Assembly: GCA_903936565.1 (NCBI GenBank)
Contig: CAIZVZ010000001.1
Location: 159,905-223,904, forward strand
Direction of reading: 5' to 3'
Length of the DNA: 64,000 bases
From: an uncultured bacterium
GTDB lineage: Bacteria; Patescibacteriota; Minisyncoccia; Phycocordibacterales; CAIZLB01
In this document: positions 58,040-64,000 of the stretch, piece by piece
How positions within the stretch are numbered: position 1 is the first letter of the stretch
Layout: every line of letters starts with the position of its first letter
Program-made: the position numbers and the translations under genes
The notes under the pieces: model-generated
Seen by the model: the letters and a program-made list of their open reading frames with translations, nothing else
Databases searched by the model: none
Told to the model about the DNA's origin: nothing

Positions 58040-58669
58040 TTACACCCCAAGAGTTTTCTTCCTTTCAGCCTTTAACCAGAGCAAGAATAGGGTCGCACCT
58101 AATACAGATAATATAAGACCAACCTCTGAAAAGTATTCTCCAAATATATGCCACTTCTTACCAACCAATACCCCAAGCATCAAATACGTAACGGACCAAA
58201 CTGTTGCTCCAACGACATTCCACATCGTGAACGCACCTAGATCCATGCGAGTTGTACCCGCAACTATCGGAACAACAGGTCTGATTGGACCAATAAATCT
58301 TGCTATCACGATACTCTTAGCTCCATATTTTTCGAAAAATGAATGACCTACATTTAAATTTTTTGTACTTAAATATTTATGATGGTCTTTAAAAAATCTC
58401 CTACCATACCTGCCTACATAATAGCTTACCGTATCACCTATTGTCGCTCCAATTATTGAAGCCATAACACATGGAAAAAAGTGCATATATCCTTGAGAAA
58501 TTACAGAGCCGAAATAAAGCATTATAATTACCCCTGGGAACACCGCTCCAACCGGACTTGATTCTAATCCAGAAATTATAAAAACGATTAAATAAACCAA
58601 CACGCCCATTGAGGCAAAGTATGGCATCGAATCGACAATCGGTTTAATTAAGAATTCCAGCATGTTCAT
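58040..58669 (-). CDS. DedA/VTT-domain (SNARE-associated) membrane protein
   Basis: DedA signature around GDTVSYYVGRYGRRFF and IVIARFIGPIRPVVPIVAG. Confidence 0.7.
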   Translation of the reverse strand: MNMLEFLIKPIVDSMPYFASMGVLVYLIVFIISGLESSPVGAVFPGVIIMLYFGSVISQGYMHFFPCVMASIIGATIGDTVSYYVGRYGRRFFKDHHKYLSTKNLNVGHSFFEKYGAKSIVIARFIGPIRPVVPIVAGTTRMDLGAFTMWNVVGATVWSVTYLMLGVLVGKKWHIFGEYFSEVGLILSVLGATLFLLWLKAERKKTLGV

Positions 58670-58734
58670 CTATTGTATCAACTAATACAAAGATTGTCAT
58701 TTATTCAAGCAGATTTATTAAATTAATTATGACC

Positions 58735-59376
58735 CTAGTTTGTTCTTATGAACTGACCACTACCGTATTGTCCACCATTTTGGTATGAATAATTATTACC
58801 ATAATTGTTTGATGGAGCATATCCTCCATATCCGTAATTTGTTTGACCTGAGCCTGCCTGATAGTAAAGACTCTGATTTGTCGCTGTTGTGTATGATGAT
58901 GTATTACCGTATTGATTATAATTTGTAGAAGCTGGTTGATTTGGAACGTAAACTATCTGAGGATAAACTTGGTATTGATATGGTTGAGTTAGGCTATTGT
59001 TATTTGTCTGATTCGGTACGTAAGTAATCGAGGGATATTGATAATATTGATACGGCTGAATATATTGTTGAGTGGTCGGATAATAGGAATAAGTATTACA
59101 GCTATACCCACAACCATAATTTGATGAGCCATAGTAGCTTCCACTGTAACCAGTATTATATCCTGAACCATATCCATACCCATAGCTACTGTCATAGCCA
59201 CCATAAGCCCCACCATAACCTAGTGATACGCTTAGTGAAGCACCGTATCCATAACTATCACAACCATTTCCATAGTAGTCACAGGCGCTTACCTGGTTTT
59301 TAGGAACCAACACGAATAGAGCGACAAAAATCGCAGATAATATAGTAATTCTCATTAAAATTTTATTCATACGCAA
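58735..59376 (-). CDS. Secreted low-complexity Tyr/Gly/Ser/Asn/Gln-rich protein (prion-like / amyloid-like composition)
   Basis: Signal peptide, then GYGGAYGGYDSSYGYGYGSGYNTGYSGSYYGSS ... with an internal direct repeat QPYQYYQYPSITYVPNQT / QPYQYQVYPQIVYVPNQP. Confidence 0.5.
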   Translation of the reverse strand: MRMNKILMRITILSAIFVALFVLVPKNQVSACDYYGNGCDSYGYGASLSVSLGYGGAYGGYDSSYGYGYGSGYNTGYSGSYYGSSNYGCGYSCNTYSYYPTTQQYIQPYQYYQYPSITYVPNQTNNNSLTQPYQYQVYPQIVYVPNQPASTNYNQYGNTSSYTTATNQSLYYQAGSGQTNYGYGGYAPSNNYGNNYSYQNGGQYGSGQFIRTN

Positions 59377-59433
59377 ATACTACCACGTAATAACGGCTTT
59401 GACAATAGCTCAAAACAGCATGACACACTATTT

Positions 59434-60960
59434 CTATTGAACCTTAAATGTACTCCAAATCTTATCGAAAATTGAAAAATATGGTATTTCATCCTCCTTT
59501 GTTGTGGAGTATAAGCTGAAAACCTTCTTATCACCACTCTTATCAGTCACACAAATATCTGCGTGATACTGCTTCCCCCTTTCTCCACCATCTATTGCGT
59601 ATTTCAGATATAAACCAACCCCAAACTGACCAAGATCAATGAACTGTGAACTTTTGATGTTTATATTTGCAACATCCTTTAGGTTAAATTCAAACTCGGC
59701 ACATGTCTCAACCATACTTGAAGTCTCCAGGGTTATTCCCCTACCTCCAAGCTCTGTAAAATTAATCTTTACTCCTTTATCAAAATTTTCAACTCTCTTC
59801 CAAGTCTCTGGTGTCTTGAATGAAAAACTTAAATTATCCGCTTCATAATTATGTAAATACCAATTTGCTGTATTTTCCTTTTGTTCACTAAAGAGCGTCG
59901 CTTCCCCAATTTTATTGACTGAATCATCTTCACCAACTTTATATCGTACAACCTTGTTTAAAGACGGACTACCCACGGCATCACTGTTAGAGTAGAAGTT
60001 CCCGAGCAAAATTATATTTCCGTCAATTATGTCGGCAGATAGAATGTTTGGTGGGTTAACTCCATAATTAAACGGCGTCACAACATACAGCACTTCAGGA
60101 GTAGAACTTGAAGCAGAGATAGTTGAAGATGCAAACAATACAGTAGAAGTTGACGCTGAGCTTGTTCCCTTGCTTGTCACATTCTTAACAGAAGTGTCTT
60201 TGCCAGCAGACTTTTTTACAGGAGCTGATGTGCTTGCTATAACTGGAACTTTGGAAATCAGAGCATAGAAATTACTAACCACAGGCTTCTTTTGCAAAAC
60301 ATTTTCTTCTGCAGAAACAGATACAACTGCGTCAGACGCTCCGTCGCTGTTTACATCCCCAATAGACCAAATCTTTTCCAATTTATATAGTGGAAAACAA
60401 ACCCTACCACCTTGAGCGGTATAACAATTATCACCTGTTGCCGTTCCGTTTATCAATTTTACATCTGTGCCTTTTTTATTATCACTAGATTTAACAAAAT
60501 ATTCTGCCTTCTTGGCACTATTTGAGATAGCGGGTAAATCAACTGAATTAACGTCCACGTTTGGACCGACAGCTGTACTTGTTCCATTTACGACAACTGA
60601 ACTATCTGTACTACTGTTGCCGATAGAACTGGCGCTTCTGCCTGACTGCAAGTTTCTTAAGACAACGTTTGGCGAATCAATTAAACTCTTTATGATGATA
60701 TTCTGTTCAATAGAAGTACTTAACGCACCAATCTCTCGCTCTACAGGATCGCCGTTCACATCCCTATCATAATCTTGCTGTTTTTTATCCGTGATTGATT
60801 TGAATAGCTTCTTTTGTTCATTTATACCGACATAATACGCAGCGAGAGCAAGAAGCGCTATAGCTATAATAAAATAGAATACAAAAGCAACAGATCCTTT
60901 GTTGGTAGTATAGTTTTTATTTGTAATACCAAAATTCATAGTAGTATTATACCACCTCAC
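59434..60960 (-). CDS. Membrane-anchored extracellular protein (hypothetical)
   Basis: 508 aa with an N-terminal TM (VAFVFYFIIAIALLALAAYYV) and S/T-rich segments. Confidence 0.35.
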   Translation of the reverse strand: MRWYNTTMNFGITNKNYTTNKGSVAFVFYFIIAIALLALAAYYVGINEQKKLFKSITDKKQQDYDRDVNGDPVEREIGALSTSIEQNIIIKSLIDSPNVVLRNLQSGRSASSIGNSSTDSSVVVNGTSTAVGPNVDVNSVDLPAISNSAKKAEYFVKSSDNKKGTDVKLINGTATGDNCYTAQGGRVCFPLYKLEKIWSIGDVNSDGASDAVVSVSAEENVLQKKPVVSNFYALISKVPVIASTSAPVKKSAGKDTSVKNVTSKGTSSASTSTVLFASSTISASSSTPEVLYVVTPFNYGVNPPNILSADIIDGNIILLGNFYSNSDAVGSPSLNKVVRYKVGEDDSVNKIGEATLFSEQKENTANWYLHNYEADNLSFSFKTPETWKRVENFDKGVKINFTELGGRGITLETSSMVETCAEFEFNLKDVANINIKSSQFIDLGQFGVGLYLKYAIDGGERGKQYHADICVTDKSGDKKVFSLYSTTKEDEIPYFSIFDKIWSTFKVQ

Positions 60961-60988
60961 ACATAAATATCACTGTTAGTAACTTTAT

Positions 60989-61429
60989 TTATACACGCAA
61001 AACTTCTTTCACTTTTTCAACAACCTGATCAAGTGTATAATTTGTCTTAACAATAAATATAGTACTACCCTCCTCCATTGCGTGAGCAACACTTTCTGGT
61101 TTATCTAGTGAAGTAAGCATTATAACCTTAGCTTTTTCTCCCCAAGGATCAACTCTAAGCTTCTCCAAAAGCTCCCAGCCACTCATATTTGGCATTTTAA
61201 CATCCAATAATATTGCATCTGGCTTAGTGTCTATTGCCTTCTTAAGTCCTAACGTACTGTCATTTGAAAAATCAGCTTCGAAGCCTGAAAAGTTTAGCTT
61301 ATCTACCAAGACTGAAGTCAGGTTTTCATCATCATCAATTATTAAAATCTTTTTCTTTGCAACTACATCATTTGCAACCTCTTCAACCTGTGTAACATCA
61401 CTATTATTTGTTGTATTTTGTATTTCCAT
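60989..61429 (-). CDS. Response regulator, receiver domain only (CheY-like)
   Basis: KKILIIDDDENL ... DAILLDVKMP ... LTSL ... K motifs of a REC domain. Confidence 0.75.
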   Translation of the reverse strand: MEIQNTTNNSDVTQVEEVANDVVAKKKILIIDDDENLTSVLVDKLNFSGFEADFSNDSTLGLKKAIDTKPDAILLDVKMPNMSGWELLEKLRVDPWGEKAKVIMLTSLDKPESVAHAMEEGSTIFIVKTNYTLDQVVEKVKEVLRV

Positions 61430-61436
61430 ATCTTCA

Positions 61437-62804
61437 TTATAACCTTAAAGTGAAAGTTGAGCCAACATTTTCTTCCGAGGTGAAGCTAATATTTCCACCG
61501 AGTGCCTTCACAACAGATTTCACTAAATACAGCCCTAATCCCGTACTTTGACTACTTCCCACATCCTTTACGTTTTTTGCTCTAAATAACTTTGAGAATA
61601 TCCTTTCTTGGTCTTCCTTGGGAATACCCAATCCTGTATCAGAAACTACTATAGAGCTTTGTCCGATACCAAAGCCTTTGCTTACACCAATAGTTACACT
61701 ACCTCCTTCTTTATTGTATTTAATGGCGTTTGTAATTAAGTTCTGAATTACTATTCGAAGTAGCTTTGGATCACTCTCGACAATAACTGGGTCGGCGCCC
61801 GTATTGACCCCCGCATCACTAACTGTGCCATACTTTTTATTAAATACGATTTTCTTTTTACTAATCTGTGACGCCAACTCAACCAAAATACTATCTATTA
61901 TTTCTGAGATATTTGTTGCTTGCTTTGAAATTGACAATGTTCCAATTTCAATTCTTGAAACATTCAGAAGTATTTCCACCAAATCAATCATCTCCGCATT
62001 TACAGAATACATCTTGGTCAGATACTCCTTCTGCTTATCATTCAAATCGCCCAGCTGATTTGAATTTAGCATCTCTGTATACCATTTCATTGTAGCGAGG
62101 GGCGTCCTCAATTGATGGGAAGCAAGGGAGACAAACTCTGTTTTAGCTTGATCTAATTGCTTTTGTTCGGTTATGTCAAAAACTGTTACAAGCCCATTTT
62201 TTTCCTTGGTAAATGAATCCTTTGTTAAAAAAATTGAAAGTGAGACCCATTTAATATCATCACTTTTCGTTCGCAGCCGAATCTCTTGTTTATTTATCGG
62301 AACATCAGCCTTATAAAAATCATTAAACTTTTTTGCTAGCTCTATATCCTCGTCCGATGCATAGGCAAATAGGTTCTTGGTTTGAATCTCTTCTGGCACA
62401 ACGCCAAAGAATCTGAGGGCCGACTTATTACATCCACGTATTTCAGCATTTTTGTTAATTGTTATATATGGAACGGGAGCATTTTCGTAAAGTTCCTGCA
62501 ATTCGAATTTGGACGCTATCAAATTCTGATTTTGAAATCTTGATACCAGCTCTGCTCTAGTTGAAGCGGTTGCAATCAGATATACCACGTACCCAATAAG
62601 CACCACGGATGTGTATGTCAAAATACTCAAAACTAAGACCTGAAAATCTGATACAGAATAGTTATTGAAAAAGTTACCGATTTTAATGTGTTGCTGTGGA
62701 TTCAAAAATAAATCAATTAGAAAAGGGGTGAAAAAATATAAGGGAATAGTAACAAAAGCTATGACCAATAGGCTTATTCCGAGATGTTTAATTTTGACAT
62801 TCAT
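61437..62804 (-). CDS. Sensor histidine kinase (TM + PAS-like + HisKA + HATPase_c)
   Basis: H-box FVSLASHQLRTPL, N-box NLITNAIKY, and G-boxes DTGLGI, GLGLYL. Confidence 0.8.
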   Translation of the reverse strand: MNVKIKHLGISLLVIAFVTIPLYFFTPFLIDLFLNPQQHIKIGNFFNNYSVSDFQVLVLSILTYTSVVLIGYVVYLIATASTRAELVSRFQNQNLIASKFELQELYENAPVPYITINKNAEIRGCNKSALRFFGVVPEEIQTKNLFAYASDEDIELAKKFNDFYKADVPINKQEIRLRTKSDDIKWVSLSIFLTKDSFTKEKNGLVTVFDITEQKQLDQAKTEFVSLASHQLRTPLATMKWYTEMLNSNQLGDLNDKQKEYLTKMYSVNAEMIDLVEILLNVSRIEIGTLSISKQATNISEIIDSILVELASQISKKKIVFNKKYGTVSDAGVNTGADPVIVESDPKLLRIVIQNLITNAIKYNKEGGSVTIGVSKGFGIGQSSIVVSDTGLGIPKEDQERIFSKLFRAKNVKDVGSSQSTGLGLYLVKSVVKALGGNISFTSEENVGSTFTLRL

Positions 62805-62948
62805 GGAAATATTATATCATCCAGTGTCCTATTTTGCTAAATCATTTGCCAAATCACCTAATACGATGCCCTATGTGTTTAAAAATCCATAGTATTTTCA
62901 AAAAAACAGTAGTATAATTATTTGTATAATAAATAATAATAAACAAAT

Positions 62949-63440
62949 ATGTCAAACGATGACCAAACGATTGAAGACCAAAGTTTAAAAAGGATTCAAG
63001 AAATGGGACTTTTGGATAACCTAGCACCAGAAGAGAGGTTTGATCAGTTTACCAAAGAGGCTGTTGAAAAATTACATGTTCCGATTTCAACCCTAACAAT
63101 ACTTGACAGTAAGAATGAACATTATAAGTCTTGCCAGGGTCTAAATGAGACTGAGGGCCCAAGAGCAATATCTTTTTGCGCACATGCTCTTTTGTCAAAA
63201 GACTTGTTTGTTATTTCTGATTGTCTAAAGGACCCTCGTTTCGCTGAGAATCCAATGGTTATTGGTAGTCCTTTCATAAGATTCTACGCTGGAATGGCAA
63301 TATATGATCACAAAACCAGTGTTCCAATTGCAGTTTTTTGCATTAAAGATCGCGAACCAAGAGAGCTTGACGCACTAGAAATATCAACCTTTCTAGATAT
63401 CTCAAATAGAATCGAAAAGGAAATCAATAAGGGGATATAA
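62949..63440 (+). CDS. GAF-domain protein
   Basis: 163 aa with a typical stand-alone GAF fold (SFCAHAL ... FYAGMAI). Confidence 0.55.
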   Translation: MSNDDQTIEDQSLKRIQEMGLLDNLAPEERFDQFTKEAVEKLHVPISTLTILDSKNEHYKSCQGLNETEGPRAISFCAHALLSKDLFVISDCLKDPRFAENPMVIGSPFIRFYAGMAIYDHKTSVPIAVFCIKDREPRELDALEISTFLDISNRIEKEINKGI

Positions 63441-63465
63441 ATTATTTTTAAGTTATTTATTTTAT

Positions 63466-64000
63466 TTAATAAGTAACCTCATCGGTTCTTTCTCTCAAAT
63501 CTATTGGGTACTTTCCTGTAAAGCAGGAGGTACAAAATAGTGACTCATCTAGTCCAGTTGATTGTATCATTCCATCGTAAGATAAAAAGTTTAGGGATGT
63601 AGATCCTAAATATTTATTCATTTCTGCTACATTCATTTTTGAAGCAATCAAATCACTTTGTTTTGGTAAGTCTATTCCATAAAAATCAGGGTACTTAACG
63701 GGTGGGCAACTAATCATAAAGTGCACCTCCTTTGCGCCTGTTTCAAAAAGCATTTTTACAATCTGCCTCGATGTCGTACCGCGGACGATTGAATCATCGA
63801 CAACAATCACCCTTTTATTTTCAATCATTTCTTTAAGTGGTGCAAGCTTCAGCTTCACCCCCTGCTCTCTTATATGTTGTTCTGGTTCAATAAAAGTTCT
63901 GTGAATATAACGGCTCTTTATCAATCCCATTTCAAAAGGGATTCCAGATGCTGCGGCATAACCAATAGCAACTGGAATTGAAGTTTCAGGAATCGGGATT
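63466..64000 (-). CDS. purF: Amidophosphoribosyltransferase (PurF), C-terminal PRTase part; the gene continues beyond the window
   Basis: VIVVDDSIVRGTTSRQIV is the PRPP-binding motif. The ORF stays open upstream of the annotated Met, through ...GIPFEMGLIKSRYIHRTF, to the window edge. Confidence 0.8.
   Translation of the reverse strand, partial: IPIPETSIPVAIGYAAASGIPFEMGLIKSRYIHRTFIEPEQHIREQGVKLKLAPLKEMIENKRVIVVDDSIVRGTTSRQIVKMLFETGAKEVHFMISCPPVKYPDFYGIDLPKQSDLIASKMNVAEMNKYLGSTSLNFLSYDGMIQSTGLDESLFCTSCFTGKYPIDLRERTDEVTY

Noticed and set aside
59639-60772. Plus-strand ORFs of 69 and 101 aa inside the 508-aa membrane-protein gene
   Set aside because: Antisense to a long uninterrupted minus-strand ORF with a signal/TM start; S/L-rich shadow frames.
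1-64000. CRISPR arrays, rRNA genes, transposases, integrases, IS elements
   Set aside because: I scanned for regularly spaced direct repeats, rRNA-like conserved stretches and DDE or tyrosine-recombinase motifs and found none. The only mobility hints are compositional islets and the gene fragment at 39134-39240.

Overview
This 64 kb window is AT-rich bacterial chromosome containing about 85 protein-coding genes, mostly on the minus strand, plus one tRNA-Asn(GUU). The gene content suggests a small-genome bacterium; several intergenic boxes place a sigma70-like -10 immediately before the ATG, implying frequent leaderless mRNAs. I found no rRNA, CRISPR array, transposase or integrase. The coding content includes three LivK-type periplasmic binding proteins, two paired with divergent TrmB-like regulators, a lone LivM permease, an envelope-modification block and many small nucleotide house-cleaning enzymes. 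There is also a family of secreted proteins with peptidoglycan-binding domains, a GH18 hydrolase, type IV pilin(s), an ECF sigma/anti-sigma pair, a two-component system and a Y-family DNA polymerase. Several short GC-rich islets interrupt the AT-rich background: ~3990-4790 (PEP-CTERM protein), ~7750-8900, ~10000-11400, 22440-25400 (amidino-group enzyme, unknown, GPAT-like acyltransferase), 38090-38990, 39810-41520 and 50950-51770. The most system-like candidate sits at 39259-42800: a Fur/Zur-family repressor divergent (back-to-back promoters sharing one palindromic TTGCAA -35, plus a palindromic operator) from an unusually long COG0523/CobW-type metallochaperone GTPase, which is co-directional with a nicotianamine-synthase-like (CntL/NAS) gene and a His/Cys-rich unknown ORF. 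I read this as a putative zinc-starvation metallophore module. A fragment of a paralogous membrane-protein gene sits at its left border. Other points of note are a homopolymer frameshift in an NYN-domain gene, a G10 tract inside a histidine-phosphatase gene, a 33-nt motif repeated in two intergenic regions, two long non-coding gaps flanking a PG-binding protein gene, a prion-like Tyr/Gly/Ser/Asn/Gln-rich secreted protein, and a possible nucleotidyltransferase / NDT(SLOG-like) module.
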